DNA of 14,756 nt from a virus. Under the pieces are notes generated by a model. That model worked only from the letters and a program-made list of their open reading frames with translations, did no database searches and was not told where the DNA came from. Position numbers and translations under genes: made by a program. Of this stretch, positions 1 to 6,065 are shown in pieces; the first letter of the stretch is position 1; every line of letters starts with the position of its first letter. Where the stretch lies: positions 1 to 14,756 of the IMG/VR virus record IMGVR_UViG_3300021057_000107, one strand, 5' to 3'.

Positions 1-127
1 GCTCAACGGCCCATTTAAAATCTGCCTTGTCTGTACTGTTCAGCATCTCCAAAAACTTTTGCTTTCCTTTTGCCGTTTTCCAGGCTTCAAGCAGATCATA
101 TTTCAACTGTTGGAACTTATTTTTAGA
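1..127. repeat. Terminal direct repeat, copy 1, identical to 14630..14756 (circular-closure overlap or short terminal redundancy)
   Basis: Read directly: gctcaacggcccatttaaaatctgcc...ggaacttatttttaga occurs at both ends in the same orientation with no mismatch seen. Length is 127. Confidence 0.95.
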
Positions 128-259
128 GCCAACAGCACGGCCACCATGAGGAATACCCTTTAGCCAGCGGCCTTTTTCATCCCTAAAGCTCTTCGTTAAG
201 TCGCCTTTAGAGTCGTTTAATTTTGACGTTTCAATTATTTCAGGCTTTAGTTCATCCAT
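1..259 (-). CDS. 5' part of a junction-spanning 125-aa ORF; putative small terminase-like or DNA-binding packaging protein
   Basis: ATG at 259 has AAGGAG (271..266) 6 nt upstream. My hand translation, MDELKPEIIETSKLNDSKGDLTKSFRDEKGRWLKGIPHGGRAVGSKNKFQQL, runs off position 1 in frame with the 14511..14735 track ORF, whose first M is really an internal TTG Leu codon. The basic GRxxGSKNK motif followed by a helical ...AILPKE segment recalls DUF5681-type small-terminase-like phage proteins. That similarity is recalled, not searched. Confidence 0.5.
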   Translation of the reverse strand, partial: MDELKPEIIETSKLNDSKGDLTKSFRDEKGRWLKGIPHGGRAVGSKNKFQQLKYDLLEAWKTAKGKQKFLEMLNSTDKADFKWAVE

Positions 260-269
260 GCATAGCTCC

Positions 270-803
270 TTAAGTATCTAATAAATGACTAGTACTTAAA
301 CCTTCACTTTGACGGTAACTGTTACTTTTACTTGTATCCAAGGCATAGTCTATTGATAGGGTATCCATAGGCTCTCTATTGGTGTCTTTTAATGGCTTTT
401 GAATAAGCGCTCGTTGAAAAATATCCTTATCAACATTTAAATATCTTAAAATCTTATCAATATCGAAGTCCCTTGCTCTTTGCTGGATATTCCGGCAGAT
501 GGCTTTGTGAACGGTCTTTTTTAGGTTTATAGGAGCATTCCGTTGATCTTCTATGTGATCTTTAAGCCAAAGCCATTTATTTTCACGCCAGTAATACTTT
601 TGAATCTCTTGCATTAATGGCTCGATCTTTTCTTCAGGGATACGCGTAAAATAAGCAAAATGTTTTGGATTATACTGAATAAATCCGGCAGTGTCGCAAC
701 GGTCATTTAAGTAATAAAGCAAATACCCCGCCTCTGGACTTAAATTCTGATATTCTTCAAGCTCCCATTTAGTTTTGACGCTAAACTTGATATCACCGCT
801 CAA
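270..803 (-). CDS. Hypothetical protein, 177 aa, TTG start; possibly replication-associated by context
   Basis: The start is TTG at 803, with AGGAGG (815..810) 6 nt upstream. It overlaps the upstream TGA as TTGA (800..803). The first in-frame ATG is only at codon 64. I recognise no motif, and the functional guess rests only on coupling to the CHC2 zinc-finger gene. Confidence 0.7.
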   Translation of the reverse strand: MSGDIKFSVKTKWELEEYQNLSPEAGYLLYYLNDRCDTAGFIQYNPKHFAYFTRIPEEKIEPLMQEIQKYYWRENKWLWLKDHIEDQRNAPINLKKTVHKAICRNIQQRARDFDIDKILRYLNVDKDIFQRALIQKPLKDTNREPMDTLSIDYALDTSKSNSYRQSEGLSTSHLLDT

Positions 804-1273
804 ATAACACCTCCTACAAGAAAATTAACTGCCTGGTTAAAATTTAATCCTTTAATATTCATCACAAAATCGATGCTTGTGCCATCAGCCCCACAGCCAA
901 AACAGTGATAACGGTTTTTTTGGTCAATTATCATTGAAGCTTTATCCTCGCGATGAAACGGACAGCAAACCCAATTCTTCTGGCCTTTTTGTTTTATGCC
1001 TTCAAAGTCAAATAAATTCAGTATAGAAACCGCCTTAGCCCTAAGAATCTTCTGTCCAAAGTTCATTGTGTTGTCAGCATGGCCGTTATCTGCAACCAGG
1101 CTTTTAATGCGTTGTAGGTAGGTCGTCATTTCATTTGATTGTTCTTTTTCGGCAATAGTATCTTTCACCTCTGGAAAAATCTTAAGGAGATCAAGCGTGT
1201 CTGGGTATTCGTACTGGTATTCGTACCAATCGCCTTCGTTTACGTCATCCATGTATTTAATTGTTTGTCGCAT
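800..1273 (-). CDS. Stand-alone CHC2 (DnaG-type) zinc-finger protein, 157 aa, with no TOPRIM or primase catalytic domain
   Basis: The C-terminal segment WVCCPFHREDKASMIIDQKNRYHCFGCGADGTSIDFV carries the CPFH...YHCFGCGxxG signature of the primase zinc-binding domain (compare E. coli DnaG CPFHNEKTPSF...YHCFGCGAHG). The protein ends about 25 aa after the finger. There is no obvious SD before the ATG at 1273. Confidence 0.8.
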   Translation of the reverse strand: MRQTIKYMDDVNEGDWYEYQYEYPDTLDLLKIFPEVKDTIAEKEQSNEMTTYLQRIKSLVADNGHADNTMNFGQKILRAKAVSILNLFDFEGIKQKGQKNWVCCPFHREDKASMIIDQKNRYHCFGCGADGTSIDFVMNIKGLNFNQAVNFLVGGVI

Positions 1274-1358
1274 ATTTACTTAGGTGGGATTTTGCAACTA
1301 GGAGCATTACATCAATAAGTTTGGCTCTCTTTTGCAATGATTTACTCATACCCTTACC

Positions 1359-2825
1359 TTAAAAGTTATAGTCTATTTCAACATTTCCTTTAGGGAAAAC
1401 CCGAATAATCTTAATCAAAGCGTTTATCATATCTCGCTTTTCTTGTAGAGAAGCTTCTTCCCAATTTTGGTCAAACTCCCTATAAAATCTTTCTTTCTGC
1501 TTAAAATCCTCTTTTTTGGCCTTTTCTACCTCAAGTGAAGCCTTCAAAGAAGAGATATCCCCTTCAAGCTCCTTAATTTCCTTCCGGATTGCCTCGTATC
1601 TCTCCAAGAATTCATCTGGGGGGCTGTCTTGCTTCTCAAAAACCTGTAACCATTTCTTTTTAGCTAAATCTTTCGATTTTAGGGTTTTTTGTTTGTTTTC
1701 GATCTGTGCCTTAATATGGTCTATTTCCTGCTGTGAAGTTACATTTAAATGCCGCTGCATATATCTACTGTCATTTAAAAGCGCTCCAATATGCTCAAAG
1801 ATCATTTCCTTTACCGAACCTTCAAGCTTTTCTTTCTTATGAAATTTACGATGTTCACAGTCTCTTTTCTTGTTCCTTCGGTGGCAAGATGAACAGGCAT
1901 AATATCCTAAGCGACCTCTGTCCTTCTTTTGACTTGGAACCTCTCTTTTAACCATTTCACGCCCACAAAGACCACACTTAGCAACGTCTCTTAAAATAAA
2001 ATCCGGGGCCACACATGACCAACTCGCTTCGTAGCCTTTAAAGTTTGCGTCTCTAATTCTCTGAACTTCTTCAAACATAGGAATTTCGATAATGGGCGGG
2101 TGCTTTTGTTCATAGATAATTTCTTTAACTTTCATGCGTCCAGTATATTTAACATTCGTCAGTATTCGCATTATTTGCCTTCGATCAAGCTTAACCCTTG
2201 CGCTTATGCCTCGCCTTTCTAATTCAATTCGTACGCGGTTATCACTCTTATACTGCAAATACAATTTATAAATAAGCCTGACAATTTCTGCATCTTCCTC
2301 GACTATAACAAATCTTTTCTCAATGGTTTTATATCCAAAGGGCGGTTCTGATCCAAAATTTGTTCCATCACGCTGAACCTTCGTATATCTTCCAGTAATC
2401 ATACGCTCAGCGATATTGTCTCTTTCCATTTGAGCAAATACAGCAATTATGCCCATTATTGCCTCAGAAAACTTGGAGCTTGTATCAAAAGGCTCTGTAA
2501 CAGATTTATAGGTGACGCCGTAATTCTTAAACTCTTGCAGTAGTTCCAGAGTATCCCGTGCTGTTCTACTTAAACGATCTTGTTTCCACACAAATAAATG
2601 CTTAACTCTTCCGCGCCTTATATCTTGCCGCAGTCGTTCAAGTGAGGGTCTATCTACAAATGTAGCCCCACTGGAAGTATCAATATAGAAATCTTGTTCG
2701 GAAAGCTCTAAACCTTGTGACCTTGCAAAAGAAGAGATTCGATCTTTTTGTGTGTCTATTGAGGCGCGGTCTTCCCGAGCTTGTTCAAGAGTGCTGACTC
2801 GTATGTAAGCTTTGCTTGTTTTCAT
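1359..2825 (-). CDS. Large serine recombinase (phage-integrase type), 488 aa
   Basis: The N-terminal resolvase catalytic motif is KAYIRVSTLEQ (Ser11), with the LFVWKQDRLSR motif following. There is a central recombinase domain and a Cys-rich zinc ribbon, CGLCGREM...YYACSSCHRRNKKRDCEH. The long charged C-terminal coiled coil (about residues 360-470) is typical of large serine integrases. Confidence 0.95.
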   Translation of the reverse strand: MKTSKAYIRVSTLEQAREDRASIDTQKDRISSFARSQGLELSEQDFYIDTSSGATFVDRPSLERLRQDIRRGRVKHLFVWKQDRLSRTARDTLELLQEFKNYGVTYKSVTEPFDTSSKFSEAIMGIIAVFAQMERDNIAERMITGRYTKVQRDGTNFGSEPPFGYKTIEKRFVIVEEDAEIVRLIYKLYLQYKSDNRVRIELERRGISARVKLDRRQIMRILTNVKYTGRMKVKEIIYEQKHPPIIEIPMFEEVQRIRDANFKGYEASWSCVAPDFILRDVAKCGLCGREMVKREVPSQKKDRGRLGYYACSSCHRRNKKRDCEHRKFHKKEKLEGSVKEMIFEHIGALLNDSRYMQRHLNVTSQQEIDHIKAQIENKQKTLKSKDLAKKKWLQVFEKQDSPPDEFLERYEAIRKEIKELEGDISSLKASLEVEKAKKEDFKQKERFYREFDQNWEEASLQEKRDMINALIKIIRVFPKGNVEIDYNF

Positions 2826-2937
2826 TAACCTTGCTTGTTTTGTTTATTCTTCTTTCGACGGGTTTTTGATAAATCTTCCAGAAATCATTTTCTGCTGTTT
2901 CTTTAATATTCAAAAACTTAGCTCTTGCCTTAATCAT
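2785..2937 (-). CDS. Possible 50-aa basic micro-ORF coupled to the tyrosine recombinase stop (speculative; candidate accessory or directionality factor)
   Basis: It is absent from the track because it is under 60 aa. The ATG at 2937 overlaps the upstream TGA as ATGA (2934..2937), and GGAGGAG lies just upstream inside the end of the recombinase gene. My translation is MIKARAKFLNIKETAENDFWKIYQKPVERRINKTSKVNENKQSLHTSQHS. Its last 41 nt overlap the large serine recombinase start in another frame, which argues against it. Confidence 0.3.
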   Translation of the reverse strand: MIKARAKFLNIKETAENDFWKIYQKPVERRINKTSKVNENKQSLHTSQHS

Positions 2938-4571
2938 TTCTCCTCCTTTATTGGATTAAAGTATCTCCGGCTTTTTATTAACCATGCCGGAGGATTCTTA
3001 ATTATTTCTTGTACGTCAGACAGAATAACTTGATTCCTCGCCCGCGTTGAGTCACTTTTAATTAACCCTTGCTTTACATATTTATGGGCCGTTGTTAAAG
3101 AAATTCCCAATATCTTCCCCGCCTCTTCAACGGAAATATGATCCTTGCTTACATTCTGAGTTCTTTTCTGGTTAGCATAGAACTTTATTAACCATTCTGG
3201 CTTTGCCTGCAGGATGAGATCAATTTCGTTTTTGCTTAACTCCTTTGCTATGCCGTCATTTCTAACCTTGCTCAAATACCCCTTCTTAACCCAATCTTTT
3301 AACGTCATAACCGAAGTCTTGATATACTTAGCAGCTTCAGCGAACGTCAAGTAAGGATCTTTTGCTCTTTCTTCGGCTGCTTCGCGTAAAATATCCGCTG
3401 TAGTTTTCTTCTTGGCTTCATTAAGTCTCTGCTTTCTCCCTGCTACCTGTTCCTTTAGCCATGCCACACGACGCTCTAAAATGGCAACGTCCTTCTCTGT
3501 GACAAATTCGGAATCATCCTGGACGCCAAGACTTTTTCTTATTTTTTCGTAACCTTCGGTTATTTCATCCTCTTGTTTCTGACGTAGAACATCTTTTCCA
3601 CCAAAAAGCAAAGCATGATCTGCAAACATTTTTTGTGGACTAACATGTGTGTATACTTCGGTCGTTGAGATGCAGCTATGTCCTAATAATTCTTTAATCT
3701 CCAGGGTATTTGCTCCCCCCTCCAACAAATGCGTTGCAAAGGCGTGACGAAATAAATGAGGATGAACACGCTTATTCACTTTTTCCATTAAGGCATATTG
3801 CTTCATTTGTAAACCAACACGTGCTTTATGCAGTTTTTTGCCTTCGCCACTTCCTGCAACGGTAAGAAACACTTTACATTCGGGAAGTAAATCCTCTTTC
3901 TTCTTTGTTTTGTTGTAAGTAGAAATGGCTAGATTTGCCCGACGATTGATAAATACAATTCGTTGTTTAGAGCCTTTGCCAGTGACAACCGCTGATCCAT
4001 CCGATAAATTAAGGTCCTTATTTTCCATATTAAGCACCTCGCTTACTCGGCAACCAGTGCTGTAAAAAGTTTCTAGTAAAGCCCAGTCGCGCAATAACCG
4101 AATTAATGGAGCATTAATGATCTTACAAACTTCATTGACGCTTAGAACATTAGGAAGTGGCCTTTGCAGTTTGGGAAGATCCATTAATAGCCAGTTTGCA
4201 GTACTTGGGATAACTTCATTTCTGGCTAAGAAATTTCCGTAACCACGAAGAATAGTTATGATTCGATGTCTAAGATTTGGCGTAAGGTTGGAAATTTGAC
4301 CTAAAAACTCTCTGACGATTGACCTATCAATTTGATTAACGTTCTTTAAACCATTCTTATTGGTGAATTTTTGGAATCTTCCAAGATAACATTGGTAGGC
4401 TCTTATTGTACTATTTGATAAATTCTTGATCTCACAATCGGCAAGGTAACTCTTAATTGATTTATTTATTGAGTTACTGACAGGAAAAGGTAATTGTAAT
4501 GACCTTTTCTTATTTAGAAGACGAATAATCTCCTGGTGGGTTTCCCTTTTATAAGCAATATGATTAGCCAT
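2934..4571 (-). CDS. Tyrosine recombinase (XerC/XerD-integrase family core) with a roughly 225-aa C-terminal extension carrying two tandem excisionase/MerR-like HTH repeats
   Basis: An N-terminal SAM-like core-binding segment (YLADCEIKNLSNSTIRAYQCYLGRF) is present. A full catalytic set is readable: R174 (STGCRVSE), GKGSKQR, H272-x-x-R275 (HPHLFRHAFATHLL), H298 (LLGHS) and Y307 (TEVYTHV). Residues 321-545 add a coiled coil and two related roughly 57-aa modules, YLTFAEAAKYIKTSVMTLKDWVKKGYL...KPEWLIKF and HISVEEAGKILGISLTTAHKYVKQGLI...PPAWLIKS. Confidence 0.92.
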   Translation of the reverse strand: MANHIAYKRETHQEIIRLLNKKRSLQLPFPVSNSINKSIKSYLADCEIKNLSNSTIRAYQCYLGRFQKFTNKNGLKNVNQIDRSIVREFLGQISNLTPNLRHRIITILRGYGNFLARNEVIPSTANWLLMDLPKLQRPLPNVLSVNEVCKIINAPLIRLLRDWALLETFYSTGCRVSEVLNMENKDLNLSDGSAVVTGKGSKQRIVFINRRANLAISTYNKTKKKEDLLPECKVFLTVAGSGEGKKLHKARVGLQMKQYALMEKVNKRVHPHLFRHAFATHLLEGGANTLEIKELLGHSCISTTEVYTHVSPQKMFADHALLFGGKDVLRQKQEDEITEGYEKIRKSLGVQDDSEFVTEKDVAILERRVAWLKEQVAGRKQRLNEAKKKTTADILREAAEERAKDPYLTFAEAAKYIKTSVMTLKDWVKKGYLSKVRNDGIAKELSKNEIDLILQAKPEWLIKFYANQKRTQNVSKDHISVEEAGKILGISLTTAHKYVKQGLIKSDSTRARNQVILSDVQEIIKNPPAWLIKSRRYFNPIKEEK

Positions 4572-5112
4572 GATTTTTATTCTGGTATCTCAGTAAGTAA
4601 CCTGATTTTCTTCTTCGCCCTTTATCCTTGCTGCCCTGCGGCCTCCCTAAATCACGACCCTTCGCCTTCAATCTGGCTCTTGCACTAACAAGTCCAGCCC
4701 TTGTTCGCTCGCTGATTCTTTTTCGTTCCTGCTGGGCAACCCAACTAAATATTGCCAGCAAAAGCTGCCCTAATCCTTCGTCACGCGTGTCTAGCCAACT
4801 TTCCTGTAATGATTTAAGATCAACCCCATTGCGCTTTAACCGTTCAATGTAACCTAAGGTATTGCTAATTCCTTCACGAGAAAGGCGATCTAACGACCAC
4901 AAAAGAACTAAATCAAACTTCCTTTTGTCTGCATCTTCAAGCATACGTCTAAACTCCGCACGATCTCCATTACTACCGCTTGCCAAATCAACATATTCGT
5001 CAATAATCTCGCCGCCTAAGGCATCTGCATAATTCCTAAGAGGAATTAATTGATTCTGAGGGTCTTGACTTTCATCATTTTTTGAAACCCGGCAATAGAT
5101 AGCAATTTTCAT
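4564..5112 (-). CDS. Small serine recombinase (resolvase/invertase catalytic domain), 182 aa, lacking the usual C-terminal HTH
   Basis: The sequence shows MKIAIYCRVSKNDESQDPQNQ (Ser10), LLWSLDRLSR and the E-helix AQQERKRISERTRAGL. After GRP (residues 156-158) only a 24-aa basic tail remains (QGSKDKGRRRKSGYLLRYQNKNHG). The start overlaps the upstream stop as ATGA (5109..5112), with GGAG 7 nt upstream. The 3' end overlaps the tyrosine recombinase start by 8 nt. Confidence 0.9.
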   Translation of the reverse strand: MKIAIYCRVSKNDESQDPQNQLIPLRNYADALGGEIIDEYVDLASGSNGDRAEFRRMLEDADKRKFDLVLLWSLDRLSREGISNTLGYIERLKRNGVDLKSLQESWLDTRDEGLGQLLLAIFSWVAQQERKRISERTRAGLVSARARLKAKGRDLGRPQGSKDKGRRRKSGYLLRYQNKNHG

Positions 5113-5297
5113 ATGCAGTCTCCATTAAATTTCTTTTTATCAAAAACATTGTCTATGATTTTTTCCGCTTCATTTAATAATAAATATTCGCGACAGGCCT
5201 CCTCAATTAAGATCTGAGTTGCTTTGTCCAACATTGCAATTATCGGTGCGGGTTTCGATTCTGGCGGCTTTGCCTTTTTCCTGCTATTCTTTTTCAT
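5109..5297 (-). CDS. Hypothetical 62-aa protein with a lysine-rich N-terminus
   Basis: I prefer the ATG at 5297 (MKKNSRKKAKPP...) over the track's TTG at 5312, because it forms an ATGA overlap with the XRE gene stop (5294..5297). It is chained by another ATGA to the resolvase gene. I recognise no motif. Confidence 0.6.
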   Translation of the reverse strand: MKKNSRKKAKPPESKPAPIIAMLDKATQILIEEACREYLLLNEAEKIIDNVFDKKKFNGDCI

Positions 5298-5533
5298 CGT
5301 TGCTCCCGGCAAGTTGTAAGGCCTGATCCAAAAAGTGACGGATCAATTCGAGCTGGATCAACACCAAGAATTTTTGCAATAGTGATAACTTCACCCGTAC
5401 TGGGCGTACTCCTATTGGTTTCATACCGCGTTAAACGCGCCTCTTTTATTCCTGATTTCTCCGCAAGCTTGCGCTGGGTTAATTCGGCCTTTAACCGAAA
5501 CACTCGAATATTTTGACCTATACGATTTTCCAT
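5294..5533 (-). CDS. XRE / Cro-C1-type HTH regulator, 79 aa; first gene of the long leftward operon (Cro-like position)
   Basis: IRVFRLKAELTQRKLAEKSGIKEARLTRYETNRSTPSTGEVITIAKILGVDP is a classic HTH_3 pattern. AAGGAGG lies 4 nt upstream of the ATG at 5533. Confidence 0.88.
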   Translation of the reverse strand: MENRIGQNIRVFRLKAELTQRKLAEKSGIKEARLTRYETNRSTPSTGEVITIAKILGVDPARIDPSLFGSGLTTCREQR

Positions 5534-5573
5534 TTTTCCTCCTTGTTAAAACTTTCTTTATTAACCTTTAGAC

Positions 5574-5602
5574 AAAAAAAATCGACTCGATTTTCTAGTC
5601 GA
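5574..5602 (-). terminator. Intrinsic-terminator-like hairpin plus U8 tract in the leader of the leftward operon (alternatively an operator palindrome)
   Basis: The minus strand reads G-TCGACT-AGAAAATCG-AGTCGA-TTTTTTTT. That is a 6-bp perfect stem (5597..5602 with 5582..5587), a 9-nt loop, then eight U (plus-strand A run 5574..5581). The stem is short and only half GC, so it would be weak. Confidence 0.35.
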
Positions 5603-5673
5603 CAAACTTTCTATTAATGCTAAGATTATTAAATTGTTTTGGTTTTGCTTTCCGCATAATTATCTCTGGAATT

Positions 5674-5753
5674 TGGTAATATTTCATTACTATGGTAATA
5701 ATATATCACCCAACAAAACATTTGTCAATAATTGACTGGTAATTTTTTATCAC
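5674..5753. promoter_or_regulatory. Three 17-bp operator-like direct repeats in the divergent control region
   Basis: O1 is 5674..5690 TGGTAATATTTCATTAC. O2 is 5693..5709 TGGTAATAATATATCAC. O3 is 5737..5753 TGGTAATTTTTTATCAC. TGGTAAT is invariant, and the right end is TATCAC in O2 and O3. O2 covers the predicted leftward -10. O3 fills the rightward promoter spacer. Confidence 0.55.
5700..5728 (-). promoter_or_regulatory. Predicted leftward sigma70-type promoter
   Basis: On the minus strand, TTGACA (5728..5723) is followed by a 17-nt spacer and TATATT (5705..5700). This implies a leader of about 160 nt before the 79-aa XRE gene. Confidence 0.5.
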
Positions 5754-5759
5754 TATAAT
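5732..5759 (+). promoter_or_regulatory. Predicted rightward sigma70-type promoter driving a leaderless mRNA
   Basis: TTGACT (5732..5737) is followed by a 16-nt spacer and TATAAT (5754..5759). The A of the ATG at 5766 is the 7th nt after the -10, and no SD lies between them. This promoter sits back-to-back with the leftward -35, 3 bp apart. Confidence 0.65.
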
Positions 5760-5765
5760 CAGCTT

Positions 5766-6065
5766 ATGAACGTCACATGGAAGGAAGTTGCATCTGAAAT
5801 TCGAAAAAAGCGTAGGCTCTTAGATATAACTCAAGAAGAGTTCGCTAAAATGATTCATACTGGACAATCTTTTGTCGCGCAGATGGAGAAAGGCGAAAAA
5901 GTGCCCTCTATAGAGGTTGCTAAGAAGATTGCTAAGGAACTTGATATAGACTTTAACCGAATTAAGAATGCCATTATACTGAAAAAAGCAGAACCATTTT
6001 CCGCACCCGCAGGATCAACGATCCAGATAAAAACTCATACACGTATAATCATTCCAAAGAAGTAA
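5766..6065 (+). CDS. XRE-type HTH regulator, 99 aa; the only plus-strand gene (CI-like position), with no peptidase domain
   Basis: IRKKRRLLDITQEEFAKMIHTGQSFVAQMEKGEKVPSIEVAKKIAKELDID is an HTH_3 pattern. The gene is transcribed divergently from the 79-aa XRE gene. Confidence 0.88.
   Translation: MNVTWKEVASEIRKKRRLLDITQEEFAKMIHTGQSFVAQMEKGEKVPSIEVAKKIAKELDIDFNRIKNAIILKKAEPFSAPAGSTIQIKTHTRIIIPKK

Noticed and set aside
1-127. Terminal repeats as IS or transposon ends or LTRs
   Set aside because: The copies are direct, not inverted, and perfectly identical. They bisect a coding frame and are exactly 127 bp long. All of this points to circular-assembly overlap or terminal redundancy rather than a transposable-element boundary.
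1260-1349. 29-codon minus-strand ORF starting at 1349 in the recombinase / zinc-finger gap
   Set aside because: Its only SD-like sequence (AAGGG) is 2 nt from the ATG, which is too close. The frame runs into the zinc-finger gene out of frame, and nothing else supports it.
1516-1951. Plus-strand track ORFs 1516..1842 and 1733..1951
   Set aside because: They are antisense to the well-supported large serine recombinase gene. Their translations are low-complexity and Ser/Phe/Cys/Leu-rich, typical of shadow frames in AT-rich DNA, and they have no SD.
2812-3033. Plus-strand ORF 2812..3033
   Set aside because: It is antisense to the end of the tyrosine recombinase gene and the intergenic gap. The shadow frame is hydrophobic and Phe/Ile/Cys-rich, and there are no start signals.
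4628-4852. Plus-strand ORF 4628..4852
   Set aside because: It lies entirely inside the small serine recombinase gene on the opposite strand, so it is a shadow ORF.
5693-5753. The TATCAC ends of the operator-like repeats resemble the lambda operator half-site
   Set aside because: A 6-mer match in AT-rich DNA is expected by chance. The repeats are not palindromic like lambda operators, so no homology is implied.
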